Of a stretch of 64,000 nt of DNA, positions 38,269 through 49,100 are shown one piece after another. This DNA is from Prosthecobacter debontii. GTDB lineage: Bacteria; Verrucomicrobiota; Verrucomicrobiia; Verrucomicrobiales; Verrucomicrobiaceae. Made by a program: the position numbers and the translations under genes. The first letter of the stretch is position 1, and each line of letters opens with the position of its first letter. The notes beneath the pieces were generated by a model. It had not been told where the DNA came from. It made no database searches and saw only the letters and a list, made by a program, of their open reading frames with translations. The stretch is from NCBI GenBank assembly GCA_943371875.1, contig CALRWM010000001.1, positions 79,409-143,408 of the forward strand. The letters are read 5' to 3'.

Positions 38269-39447
38269 ATGAAGATGAAACCCAAGCCCAAAGAAACCAA
38301 GCTGCTGCTGAACCTGATGGACGGTGAGCGGCACCGCCACCGAGTGGCGCTCGTGACGGAAGAGGGTGAATGGAACCAGCATGAGCCGAACTCAGGCATG
38401 GCGCGCATGTTTGTGGTCATGCTGCTGATCCACGTCGTTCTGATCGGCGGCATCATCATCTATGATTTCATGGGCGATGACGCCAAGCCGCAGCAGACGG
38501 TGACCCAGGCGGCGCGTGCGGTGAGCACTGGCAACGGACTGCCCATGGCCTCCCCGGAAGTCGTCACTGCGCAGGCGCAGGCGGCGGCGGACACGGAGCA
38601 GTTTGACAACTACGAGATGCGCTCGGGAGACTCCATCAAGTCCATCGCAGCGAAGTTTGGCTCCACTGAGGCGGAGATCACACGTCTGAACTTGATCGAC
38701 AAGGGAATCCAGATTGGCCCGGGAACCATGCTGCGCGTGCCGAAGCAGGCCGTGCCGAGCGCGATTCCCGTGAATCCGAAGACGCTGAAGCCGATGGCGA
38801 TCGTGGAAGACGTGCCGAAGGCCGTCCCCGTGGTCCGAGACCAGCCACCGGTGACGAAAGTCCCGAGTGAGGCTGTGAAACCCTCTGAGGCACCTGCCAG
38901 TCTGTCCGCAGCTACCATGTCGCCTATTTCGCTGATGGCTCCGAATGAAGCCCCGCCTGCGACCATCTCGCTCGTGGCTGATGCGGACACACCGGCCACG
39001 GCATCTGCGCCGTCTGCCAGCGCCGCCGTCGCGCTGCCACCTCCTACCAAGCCGAATGTCGTTTCGCTGCTGCAGGAAAACGCACCGAAGGTGGAAGCTG
39101 TGAGGCCCCGGGATCGGGATGAACCCAAACCTGTGGCCAAAGCGGAAGCCAAGCCGCTGGTGAAGCCGAATCCGGTGCCGCCGCCAACGCAGATGCTGAA
39201 GAAGATCGCCGAGGCACCTCCGTCAACGAAGAAGGCTGAGCCGACCAAAAAAGTGGCGGCTGATGCTCCCCCTAAAACGGTGGCCAAGGCATCGTCTGCC
39301 CGCACTCACACGCTCAAGTCAGGCGAGACGCTGTACCGTCTGTCCACGAAGTATGGTGTCTCGGTGGCCGCGATTCAGAAGGCGAACAACATCAAGAATC
39401 CCAACTCCATGCGTGATGGAATGAAACTGGTGATCCCCGCGAAGTAA
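38269..39447 (+). CDS. Membrane-anchored two-LysM peptidoglycan-binding protein
   Basis: Single TM; LysM1 YEMRSGDSIKSIAAKFG..LN..GTMLRVP; LysM2 HTLKSGETLYRLSTKYGVSV..NNI..GMKLVIP; Pro/Ala/Lys linker. Confidence 0.9.
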   Translation: MKMKPKPKETKLLLNLMDGERHRHRVALVTEEGEWNQHEPNSGMARMFVVMLLIHVVLIGGIIIYDFMGDDAKPQQTVTQAARAVSTGNGLPMASPEVVTAQAQAAADTEQFDNYEMRSGDSIKSIAAKFGSTEAEITRLNLIDKGIQIGPGTMLRVPKQAVPSAIPVNPKTLKPMAIVEDVPKAVPVVRDQPPVTKVPSEAVKPSEAPASLSAATMSPISLMAPNEAPPATISLVADADTPATASAPSASAAVALPPPTKPNVVSLLQENAPKVEAVRPRDRDEPKPVAKAEAKPLVKPNPVPPPTQMLKKIAEAPPSTKKAEPTKKVAADAPPKTVAKASSARTHTLKSGETLYRLSTKYGVSVAAIQKANNIKNPNSMRDGMKLVIPAK

Positions 39448-39465
39448 CTTCTCGTTTCCGGCTTC

Positions 39466-40626
39466 ATGGCCAAATATTCCATCCTCCTGCTTCTCCTTGC
39501 GGCGCTGTCGTTGATCGCGCTGGGCATCACCATGCTGGCGAGCACGACGTTTCAAGTCGCGCATGAGGGCGGGGAGGATTACGTGACCCTGTGGCGGCAG
39601 CTCGGCTGGCTGGGAGCTGCGACTGTGGTGTGCGTGATCATGGCCGTGGTGGATTACAACGTGTGGATGCGCTGGCGCTGGCATATTTTGATCGCTGCTG
39701 CGGTGCTGCTGGCGCTGTGCTACGTGCCGATGATCGGTGTGAAAATCAACGGATCGAGGCGCTGGATTGGTCTGCAAGCCTTGGGCGTGGGCGGGTTTCG
39801 AGTGCAGCCTTCTGAATTTGCGAAGATCGCGCTGATCATCGCTCTGGCAGGCTGGTTTGGGACGCACCAAGCACTGACACGTACTTTTTGGCGTGGCTTT
39901 GTGCTGCCGGGCCTGATTCTGCTGGGCATTGTGGCGCTGATCGGCTGCGAATTTGACCTGGGCAGTGCCTTGCTGGCCTCGGCGGTGGGTCTTGGCGTGA
40001 TGTTTGTGGCGGGGACCAAGATGCGCTATCTGGCGATCATCGTCGTGCTCTGTGGTGGCGGTCTCGCGGCGGGGGTCAAGTTTCTGCCGAACCGGTTTGA
40101 GCGAATCATGGTCACCTTTGATTTGGAAAACCATAAGGAGGACCTGGGTTTGCAGCAGTGGGTGTCCAAGCTGGCGTTTGGGTCCGGCGGACAGGAAGGG
40201 CGCGGCCTTGGAGAGGGGCGCATGAAGCTTTCCTACCTGCCTGAAGCCCATACGGACTTCATTTTTCCGATGGTGGGGGAGGAGCTGGGACTGCGCGGTA
40301 CGGCGGCGGTGGTCTTTGCGTTTGCGGTGCTGGTGATGGCCGGAATGGTCATTTCTTCCTACGCTCCGAACCGGTTTGGCAAGCTTTTAGGTGCCGGACT
40401 GACATTTTTGCTGGGAATGGAAGCGCTCTTGAACATGGGGGTAACCACTGCTTTGCTGCCGAACAAGGGATTGCCGCTGCCTTTCGTAAGTTACGGAGGG
40501 TCCAGTCTCGTTGCCGCGATGGTCGCGGTCGGCATCCTGATCAACATCCACCGCCAGGGCGTGCATCTGACCTGGGATCAGCTCCCCGTGATCCGCAGAA
40601 AGCGCCGCTGGACTCCACAGCTTTAG
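39466..40626 (+). CDS. ftsW: SEDS peptidoglycan polymerase FtsW
   Basis: NGSRRWI, QPSEFAK, LPEAHTDFIF..GEELG, KGLPLPFVSYGGSS. Confidence 0.95.
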   Translation: MAKYSILLLLLAALSLIALGITMLASTTFQVAHEGGEDYVTLWRQLGWLGAATVVCVIMAVVDYNVWMRWRWHILIAAAVLLALCYVPMIGVKINGSRRWIGLQALGVGGFRVQPSEFAKIALIIALAGWFGTHQALTRTFWRGFVLPGLILLGIVALIGCEFDLGSALLASAVGLGVMFVAGTKMRYLAIIVVLCGGGLAAGVKFLPNRFERIMVTFDLENHKEDLGLQQWVSKLAFGSGGQEGRGLGEGRMKLSYLPEAHTDFIFPMVGEELGLRGTAAVVFAFAVLVMAGMVISSYAPNRFGKLLGAGLTFLLGMEALLNMGVTTALLPNKGLPLPFVSYGGSSLVAAMVAVGILINIHRQGVHLTWDQLPVIRRKRRWTPQL

Positions 40627-40640
40627 CCTTTTGAACAGTA

Positions 40641-41756
40641 GTGAAACAAAAAAATTCGAAGTCCATCCACGTGCTAATCGCGTGTGGTGGCACCGGGGGG
40701 CATTTGTTCCCTGGGATTGCCGTTGGTGAGGTGCTTGCCTCCCGAGGTCACGACGTGACTTTGCTGATCAGCGAAAAGAAGATCGACACCCTGGCCGCTT
40801 CGGGGCATCCGGAATTGCGGTTCGAGAAGATGCCGTTTCTGGCGATGCCGAAACCGTGGTCGCCGAAGATGTTCGGGTTCCTCAAGGGGCTCTGGAAGGG
40901 GACCAAGGCCTGCCGGAAGATCATCCGAGATCATGAGGTGGATGTGGTGCTGGGCATGGGCGGATTCACGTCCTTTGCGCCGCTGTATGCCGGGCGCAAA
41001 GAGGGCTGCCACACGCTGATTCACGAAAGCAACGCCATCCCTGGAAAAGCGAACAAGCTCAACGCACGGTACAGCGACATCGTGCTGTGCGGTCTCGAAG
41101 CCTGCAAGGAGCACTTCCCAAAGCATGGGGATGTGCGCGTGGTGGGCACGCCGATCCGCAGCAGCATGCGCAAGGCGAACAGCGACGACCCGCGTGCCTT
41201 CTTCAAGCTGGACAAGGACAGGCGCACGCTGCTTGTCATGGGCGGCAGCCAGGGCGCGCGTGGTGTGAACCGTGCCGTGGGCATGGCGCTGGACGAGTTT
41301 GAGAGAATGGGCATCCAGGTGCTGCACATCGCCGGACCGACCGATTACGAAGAGGTGAGGGACGTGTATGCCAAGATCCCGATGCTCAAGCAGCACGTGG
41401 CCGCCTTCTGCCATCGCATGGATCTGGCCTATCGCGCGGCGGATCTGGCCATTGCGCGATCGGGAGCCTCATCCATGTCTGAGCTGGCCTACTTCGGAGT
41501 TCCGAGCCTGCTGGTGCCGTATCCGCATGCCGCCGAGGATCATCAGACCCGCAATGCGGAGATTTTTGACAAGGCTGGAGCGGCACGACTGATGCGAGAG
41601 AGCGAGCTGAATGCGGACACTTTGGCTGACGCGGTGCGTGAGATCTTCAATGACCCGCGCAAGGCGGGCGAGATGAAGAAGGCGGCGCAGAAGCTCGCGG
41701 TGAAGAATTCGGCGGAGAAGATTGCGGATCTGCTGGTGAAGACGGCGGCGGGGTGA
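40641..41756 (+). CDS. murG: Lipid II GlcNAc transferase
   Basis: GGTGGHLFPG, HESNAIPGKAN, GTPIR, GGSQGA, RSGASS..E, PYPHA..HQTRNA. Confidence 0.97.
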   Translation: MKQKNSKSIHVLIACGGTGGHLFPGIAVGEVLASRGHDVTLLISEKKIDTLAASGHPELRFEKMPFLAMPKPWSPKMFGFLKGLWKGTKACRKIIRDHEVDVVLGMGGFTSFAPLYAGRKEGCHTLIHESNAIPGKANKLNARYSDIVLCGLEACKEHFPKHGDVRVVGTPIRSSMRKANSDDPRAFFKLDKDRRTLLVMGGSQGARGVNRAVGMALDEFERMGIQVLHIAGPTDYEEVRDVYAKIPMLKQHVAAFCHRMDLAYRAADLAIARSGASSMSELAYFGVPSLLVPYPHAAEDHQTRNAEIFDKAGAARLMRESELNADTLADAVREIFNDPRKAGEMKKAAQKLAVKNSAEKIADLLVKTAAG

Positions 41757-41869
41757 GGGCTGCGGATTTTGCCAAATTTTGCGCCACAGCCCCCCCGGGC
41801 ATGATCCTTGTTTGAAACAGAGGGCGGAATCGTTATGTATCCTCCCCTCAAACCCCAACCTGACCTTTT

Positions 41870-42988
41870 ATGAATTTGACACGAACAGCCTACGGCACCT
41901 GGAGCGGCGGACGCTTCATGCACTACGGAGAACAGCTCTCCGAGGAGCATTACATGCAGCTCATGCGCGATTCGTTTGAGAAAGGTGTGCGCACGTTTGT
42001 CACGGCGGATGTGTATGGCGTGGGCCGTGCGGATGCCTTGCTGGGCGAGGCGCTGAAGGGCATCCCGCGTGAGGAATACTGCCTCGTGGGCATCGTGGGT
42101 CATGACATTTATGAGGGCATTCGGCAGGGGTCGCGTGGTTACCCGCGGTTCACCGATCCGACGCTGCGCGGGCCGGAGAAGTATTATGATTATCTGAAGA
42201 TGGCGACGGAGAAGAGCCTGGAGCGCTGCCAGACCTCGAAGTTTGACCTGCTCATGCTGCACAATCCGGACAGCATCAGCTACACGAGTGAAAAAGTTTG
42301 GGATGCGTTTACGGCGCTCAAAACGGACGGCTTGACTGATCGTCTGGGCATCGCGCCAGGACCGGCGAACGGTTTCACGCTGGACATGATCGAGTGTTTT
42401 GAGCGTTTCGGCGACCGGATGGACTGGGCGATGATCATTTTGAATCCCTTGGAGCCCTGGCCGGGTCAGCATGTGCTGGGCGCTGCGGCGAAGAACAACG
42501 TCGATATTTTGGCGCGGGTGGTGGATTACGGCGGTCTGTTTCACGATGACGTGAAGCCGGGCCACAAGTTCCGTGATGGTGACCACCGTACGCACCGTCC
42601 GGGCGACTGGATTGAGCATGGGATCGAGAAGCTTGAAAAAGTGCGTCCGATTGCGGAGAAGCATGGCCTGTCCATGCTGCAGCTCGCCTGTTTGTGGACC
42701 TTGGGCAACACGGCGGTGAAGAGCGTTGTGCCTACTATGATTCAGGAGCACGGTGAAGGTGCCCGCACGATTGAGAGCAAGCTGGATGATCTTGCCGCAT
42801 TGCCTGAGCAGTGTTTGTCCACTGAGGAGATCGAAACGATCCGTCAGATCGGCGACAACACCGGCTGCATGGCGCTCAAGGGAGCCAGCCACCGGCATGA
42901 AGGCCAGGAGCCGCGTGCCGACGAATGGCCGCTGCGCCCGGACCTGCTGGACCTCGCGACGCGCTGGAGTTTGGGAACAAGCTGGTAG
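41870..42988 (+). CDS. Aldo/keto reductase family oxidoreductase
   Basis: AYGTW, TFVTADVYG, KSLERC.T..FDLLMLHNPD, LQLACLWTL. Confidence 0.85.
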   Translation: MNLTRTAYGTWSGGRFMHYGEQLSEEHYMQLMRDSFEKGVRTFVTADVYGVGRADALLGEALKGIPREEYCLVGIVGHDIYEGIRQGSRGYPRFTDPTLRGPEKYYDYLKMATEKSLERCQTSKFDLLMLHNPDSISYTSEKVWDAFTALKTDGLTDRLGIAPGPANGFTLDMIECFERFGDRMDWAMIILNPLEPWPGQHVLGAAAKNNVDILARVVDYGGLFHDDVKPGHKFRDGDHRTHRPGDWIEHGIEKLEKVRPIAEKHGLSMLQLACLWTLGNTAVKSVVPTMIQEHGEGARTIESKLDDLAALPEQCLSTEEIETIRQIGDNTGCMALKGASHRHEGQEPRADEWPLRPDLLDLATRWSLGTSW

Positions 42989-43035
42989 TACGTTTGCATG
43001 TTGGCGGTTCCGCGACGAAAGAGTCACCACAATTC

Positions 43036-44640
43036 ATGATTGAGGCAGACTTTATCATCGTCGGAACCGGGGCAGGCGGACTGGTCTCGGCCTTGCATGC
43101 CTCTGAGCATGGCAAGGTGGTCATGATCACCAAGCGCGGTGCGCTGAACTCGAACTCGAACTGGGCGCAGGGCGGGATCGCCTGTGTGACGGCGGAGAAC
43201 GACTCCATCGAGAAGCATGTGAGCGACACGCTCATCGCCGGGGCGGGCTTGTGTAAAGAGGCCGCTGTACGCACGATTGTGAGCGAAGGGCCGGCCCGCA
43301 TTGCCGATCTGGTGAAGTGGGGCGTGCATTTTGACCAGCGTGAGGCGGTGGACGGGCATCTGGAGTTTGATCTGACGCGGGAAGGCGGCCATACCGCGCG
43401 CCGTGTGCTGCATGCGGCGGATGCCACCGGACGGGAGATCACGGAGAAGCTGCTCGCAGCCGTGCGGGCGAACCCGAACATCACGATTTACGAAAACCAT
43501 TACGCCATCGACATTCTGACGACGGCGAAGCTTGGCCTCGTCTCTGAGGACCGTGTGCTTGGACTTTATGTGCTGGATGAGACCAGCGGGGAAGTACACA
43601 CTTTCCGCTCGGACCGAGTGATCCTTGCCACAGGCGGGTGTGGGCGCGTGTATTTGTACACCACGAATCCCATGGTGGCGACGGGTGATGGTGTGGCCAT
43701 GGCCTGGCGCGCAGGGGCTACGATTTCGGACATGGAGTTCATCCAGTTCCATCCGACCTGCCTCTATCATCCGCAGAAGCGGTCCTTCCTCATCAGTGAG
43801 GCGATGCGGGGTGAGGGTGCACGTTTGATCGGCAAAGACGGGCAGGAATTCATGCAGCGCTATGATCCGCGTGGCTCGCTGGCACCGCGTGACATTGTTG
43901 CACGTGCTATTGACCATGAGATCAAGAAGACCGGCGGGCCGTGTGTTTATCTCGACATCAGTCATCGGCCGCCTGAATTCATTGCGAGCCACTTTCCGAA
44001 CATTCAGAAGGCCTGTCTGGATGTCGGCATCGACATCACCAAGGAGCCGATTCCGGTGGTGCCCGCCGCTCATTATCAATGTGGTGGCGTGCTGGCCGAC
44101 GTGAACGGGGCCACCAGCATCCGGGGGCTCTGCGCCGTGGGCGAGGTGGGCTGCACGGGGCTGCATGGGGCGAACCGACTGGCGAGCAATTCGCTGCTTG
44201 AGTGCTGCGTCACCGCGCAGCGCGCCGTGGCTTATTTGATCAAAAAGATCCCGCAGGGAAAAGTCGCCGAGCAAAGCTACGAACTCCGCCCCTGGCAGAC
44301 CAGCGGTGTGGTGGAAAATGACGAACTCGTGGTGATCTACCACAACTGGGATGAAATCCGGCGTTTGATGTGGGATTACGTCTCCATCGTGCGCACCAAC
44401 AAGCGTCTGCAGCGTGCGGCGGCGCGTCTGCGCAACCTCAAGCGGGAGGTGCAGGAGTTTTACTGGAACAACCACGTCACCAGCGAAATCCTGGAGCTGC
44501 GCAACCTTGTGGAAACGGCGTCTCTCATTGTTGAATGCGCCATCCGCAGGCACGAAAGCCGGGGACTGCATTACACGCTGGACTATCCGCAGACGGATGA
44601 CACGCGGGCTCCGCAGGACTCCACTTTGCGGCGTTATTGA
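43036..44640 (+). CDS. nadB: L-aspartate oxidase
   Basis: IVGTGAGGL, WAQGGIA, REGGH..RRVLH..DATG, QFHPT, SEAMRGEG, APRDIVARAI, AHYQCGG, GLHGANRLASNSLLE, ESRGLHY. Confidence 0.96.
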   Translation: MIEADFIIVGTGAGGLVSALHASEHGKVVMITKRGALNSNSNWAQGGIACVTAENDSIEKHVSDTLIAGAGLCKEAAVRTIVSEGPARIADLVKWGVHFDQREAVDGHLEFDLTREGGHTARRVLHAADATGREITEKLLAAVRANPNITIYENHYAIDILTTAKLGLVSEDRVLGLYVLDETSGEVHTFRSDRVILATGGCGRVYLYTTNPMVATGDGVAMAWRAGATISDMEFIQFHPTCLYHPQKRSFLISEAMRGEGARLIGKDGQEFMQRYDPRGSLAPRDIVARAIDHEIKKTGGPCVYLDISHRPPEFIASHFPNIQKACLDVGIDITKEPIPVVPAAHYQCGGVLADVNGATSIRGLCAVGEVGCTGLHGANRLASNSLLECCVTAQRAVAYLIKKIPQGKVAEQSYELRPWQTSGVVENDELVVIYHNWDEIRRLMWDYVSIVRTNKRLQRAAARLRNLKREVQEFYWNNHVTSEILELRNLVETASLIVECAIRRHESRGLHYTLDYPQTDDTRAPQDSTLRRY

Positions 44641-44795
44641 GTTTATTGCCGCTGCAGCTGTCTTGAATTGAAAGCATGCGAATCGGTATTTTGAACAGCG
44701 CCGCAGGTGATCTGTCCATGATTTAGCGTCGTTGCTTTGTGGATTAAGGTCGCTTTTCCCGCTGGGCTGCTGCGCCTTACGTGGTGAATTACAGA

Positions 44796-44825
44796 TTGCA
44801 GTTTACCATGGTAAGCTGTTACAAT
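44796..44825 (+). promoter_or_regulatory. sigma70-like promoter with perfect 12-bp palindrome in the spacer
   Basis: TTGCAG (44796-801), TTACCATGGTAA (44803-814), TG-n-TACAAT extended -10 (44817-825). Confidence 0.5.
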
Positions 44826-44848
44826 TCCCGCAATTAGGTTCCACCCCC

Positions 44849-45805
44849 ATGCTCGCTGAACGCTCACTCAGTTTATTCGTCGTCGTCGCGTCACTCGTGG
44901 CGGCGGTGTCGGCGTTTGGTCAGGGGGCGTCCTCGGTTTCAGCCACAGGTGCTGCTGCGGCGTTGAAAAAAGCGGGGACTGCTCCGGCTGCCCAAAGCAA
45001 ACCTGCCGCGCCTGCGCAGACTCAATCATCGCCTCCTCGCAACATTTCCGCGACGATGCCCAGCTTCAGTTCGACCTCGATGCCGCACTTGGGATACGCG
45101 CGTTATCCGTGGAAGCTGGATATCGTGGCCACGGTGTTCTGGGTGGGGGAGCAGCCGACGGAAAACAATCCCACGCCCAACGACAAAAGCTCCTGGGACA
45201 CGCAGTGGATGCAAAACTTCGGCGGCTATGATGATCCCGATCTCACGAAGAGGACGGACAATTACACGCCCGTCGGATTCACGCCGAAGCAGAACCCGTT
45301 TTATGTGGCGCTGCCTTACAATGACTGCATCGATTACAACTCGCACAAGCCGGAGGCATCCAAGGTCATCCCTTGGTTCAAGCAGAAGTTTGTGCGTTCC
45401 GGCAAGACGGTGCTGAAAGGGCAGTGGATCGCGATTCGCTACGGCAACCGCGTCTGCTATGCCCAGTGGGAGGACTGCGGCCCCTTTGTGACAGATGACC
45501 ATGATTACGTTTTCGGCAACTCACGCCCCAAGAACACAAGCAACCGTGGTGCGGGGATCGACATCTCGCCTGGAGTGCGTGACTACCTCGGCATCTCCAG
45601 CAGCGGGCGCTGTGACTGGCGTTTTGTTGATGTGAGCGAAGTGCCCGCCGGCCCGTGGCGCACTCTTGGCAGCAACAATCACTTCGTGACGCAGCAGAAG
45701 GTCGAAAAGGCGCGTGAACACACGGAAATTTCCTCCCGGCTTGAGGAGTTGCGCCGCATGCGCGACGCTTACTTTCAGCAGAACGGGACCGGCGCTGCTC
45801 GGTGA
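44849..45805 (+). CDS. Exported hypothetical protein, possible double-psi beta-barrel (RlpA/expansin-like) glycan-active domain
   Basis: Signal peptide, Ser/Pro linker, YVALPYND, WIAIRY..RVCYAQWEDCGPF, GAGIDISPGVRDYL. Confidence 0.6.
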   Translation: MLAERSLSLFVVVASLVAAVSAFGQGASSVSATGAAAALKKAGTAPAAQSKPAAPAQTQSSPPRNISATMPSFSSTSMPHLGYARYPWKLDIVATVFWVGEQPTENNPTPNDKSSWDTQWMQNFGGYDDPDLTKRTDNYTPVGFTPKQNPFYVALPYNDCIDYNSHKPEASKVIPWFKQKFVRSGKTVLKGQWIAIRYGNRVCYAQWEDCGPFVTDDHDYVFGNSRPKNTSNRGAGIDISPGVRDYLGISSSGRCDWRFVDVSEVPAGPWRTLGSNNHFVTQQKVEKAREHTEISSRLEELRRMRDAYFQQNGTGAAR

Positions 45806-45859
45806 GCTTTGATGCGAAGTGGTTCGGGTGATGGACGGGTGGATGGGACGCTCGTGCTG

Positions 45860-46110
45860 GCATCGCTACGCGATGCGAGAGCATGAATGGTTTTCGCGGG
45901 CCCTGAACGAGGGGTGTCGCTGCGCTCAACCGCCTCGCTACAGGCTGGGATGGCTCCGCCATCGGATGTGTGGGAGTGGTGGGTGTTGGGTTACGGGCTG
46001 GCGAAGAATCACCGGCTCCCGCGTTCGAGCTTTTTCTGGCACGAGTGCGCCACCGAGTCCGGCGAAAGCGGTAGCTGCGTTCGTGCCTCACTTCGCAAGC
46101 GCAGTCCATA
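45860..46110. repeat. REP-like hairpin cluster between convergent genes
   Basis: gcatcgc-tac-gcgatgc (45860-876); ggggtgtcgctgcgctcaaccgc..gatgg-ctccg-ccatc (45911-963); gaaagcgg..gcagtccata (46064-110). Confidence 0.7.
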
Positions 46111-46162
46111 TTCAGACGGGCGGGCTGTCGCCACACTCATCCCACGAGGGCGCATGGCTGAC

Positions 46163-49100
46163 TTATTGAGGCGGAGTTTGGAAGTCGAGCTGGGCGTTTT
46201 TGAAGACGTAGGGCAGGGACGCGCCGGGCTTGGTGGTGAGCTGGGCGGCGGGTTTGGCCTCGATGGTGCGGCCGGGGCCGGTCTGCGGCTGGTTGGTGCA
46301 GTCCTGCACGTAGATGGTGGCAGTGAGCGGTGATTTGGCCAGGAGCTTTTCTTCGGCGGCGCCGAAGGTGCATTTTTCAAAGACGCAGTTGCGGGTGGCG
46401 AGGGCAAAGCTCTCGGGGACTCGGCAGTTGATGAAGCGGCAGCTTTGGATGCTGAGCCAGTCCTTGGTCAACTCGGTGCTCGCATCCTCCCGAAACACGA
46501 TGGGGCCCAGATCGAGGTCGAGCAGGGTGCAGGAGTCGAGCTTCATGCCCACGTCGCTCACTCTCCAGCCCTGCATGAAGGAGCCGAGGAGCACGCAGTT
46601 GGTGAAGTGCCATTTGGTGCTGAAGTAGGCTGTTCCCCAAGGGCCTTCCTTGGCGAACAGGCAGTCCTGAAACAGGCTGTCGCGTGCCTCAAAGCTGCCG
46701 CCGAGGTCTGCGGTGATCTTGACATCGCGGAAATGGCCGCCGGCGGCCTGCCATGAGCCTTCGCGCAGATGGAAGCGGACGTTTTCGATGCGCATGCCGG
46801 GCAGGCTTGTCACATCGCCACGCTGCTCGTCGTAATTGGCTCTCGGGTCATTCTTGCCGGGCGCACCGATGTCGATGCGGCGCAGGGGACGGTAGGTGCC
46901 TGCTGGAATCGTGAGCTTGCCAGTCCATTCGGTTTTCTTGAGAAACGGGTCCAGCATCGCGGGAGTGCTGGAGATCTGGTCTTCGACCGTTTGAAGGTCC
47001 AGCGTCTTCACCTTGGCGGATTTGATTGTGACGGCGTGGTTGAAAGGGAAAATTTCCAGCGGGTTGTCCACTTTGGAGTAGTCGCCAAAGTGGAGGAGGC
47101 GACGTTTGCCATCGACGCTGATGCTCTGCATGTGGGGCATGATGCGCCACTGGATGGTGACAAAAGTGTCCTCGGGGATGCGTCCCATGCCGGGCACATG
47201 GCGGGCACCGCCGGGATCGGTGTCGATGCGGAGCTCGTCCTGGTTTTTTTCCCAGTTGAAGATCACCTGCTTGGCGGTGCAGGCCAGGCGCAGGTCATCC
47301 TTGTGAGTTTTCACCACGAGGGTGAACTCCACGGGCGGCGTGAACTTCTCCGCGGAAATGAAGCGGTCATTTTTTTGCAGCACTATCTCCTTGCCTGCCG
47401 GCAGGAGTTCTTTGTTCGCATTGAGCAGGGCGGCGCGTTGGCGGGAGAGACTGGCGATCCGTTCATCGGCGAGTCTGGCGTCTTCCAGCTTCGCGGCCTG
47501 GGTCCATTCCGCCTGCTGGGCTTTCAGGACTTCCTCATACTTATGGAAGAGGGTGGTGATACCGTTGTAGAGGGCGGTCTCGATGGGGCGCAGGCTGGTG
47601 CGGTAGGTGGAGCGCAGCGTTTTCAGTGGCGCAGGCAGATTCGGCGCATCCTCTGCAGGGAGCGGGCTGTGGCTTTTGATGAGCTGCTGTTCCTCACGCA
47701 GCGCGAGCGCCTCGGGCAGGCGTGCGGCCGCAGTCTCGGCTGACAGCGCACGATCCAGAGCGGCGAGGTATTTGGTGTTCAAGTCGTCCAGCGCGGTGCG
47801 GTGAACTGCCAGCACGTCACGCTCCAGCGCTGCACGGAAGCTGGCATCCAGTTCGCGCAGGCGTTTCGCGCCCGCGCTTTCGACCACGGGTTGAGGCGGA
47901 GGGACGGGCGCGGGAGCGGGCGCTTTTGATGGTGCGGCATCCCATTCGAGAATGAAGGCACGTATGGCAGTGACACCGCCCAAGCCCCACTCCGCTTTGG
48001 TATTGGACGTTGCGGTGATTTTCAGAACAAAGTTTTTCTCCGGCTCAGATGCGGCGGTCGTGGTATTCTCCCAGCGGGTGAATTCAAAGGGTTCTCCCGT
48101 GACCCACTGCCAGACGCCCGTTTTGCGCAGGCCGCCAATGGTGGCCATTGATTGTGGAACCTGTTTCAAAAAGGGAGGCAGCACGCGGTTCATCCAGTCC
48201 TGCTCAGCCTGACTGTTGATCGTGGCCAGATGGGCGCCGAGGCTTTGCGCATGCTTCTGGGCATTGAGTTGGTTCATCCGTTCGTCCACGACTTGATAGT
48301 GGTGCCCGTTGTAGCTCAGCACCGGAAGCTTGGACAGCGGGCTGCCCTTGGGGGCATTGGGGTCCGTGCGCACAACGACCGGCGCGGGGGCCGTAGTGTT
48401 CGGTGGCGTTTGATTGGAGGGTGGTCTGGGAGGTTCCTGTTTGGCGGGCTCGACCTGGGCGACTGCGGGTGCAGGTGGAGATGGCGGCGGCTCACCACGA
48501 CGCATGAGAAGTACCGCCGCCACGCCGAGGACGATCAAGGCGGCGGCGATCATGCCCCATGGGGTGGCTGGGGGCGGCGGAGGTGGGGGAGGCTGGCGCG
48601 GCTGCATGCCGCCGGCGGGCGCCTGCCGGGCCGGCTTTTCTTTGGCGACGGGGACGGTGAGGATCTGATCGAGATCACGGCGCAGTTCGCGAGAGGTCTG
48701 ATAACGTCTTGCGACATCCTGCTCCATCGCTTTGCGGATGATGGCGTCGTAGCGTGTGTCACAACCCATTTTCTCACTGGGCATTTGGAAATTGCCGCGC
48801 GGGATTTTGCCGGTGAGCATGTTGTAGAGCATCACGCCCACGGCATAGAGATCGGCGCGGCCATCGACCTGCATGCCGATGACCAGCACCTCGGGTGCGA
48901 CGTAGTCTGGCGTGCCCATGGTGGTGCCTTCCTGGGTGAGGCTGCCGGACTGACCCGGATCGTGCATGCGGGCCAGACCGAAGTCGGCCACCTTCACGGC
49001 GCCTTCCATGTTGATGAGGATGTTCGCCGGTTTGATGTCGCGGTGAACGACGCCGTGCTCGTGCGCATAGGTCAGCGCGTCGCAGACGTGGGCGGTGATG

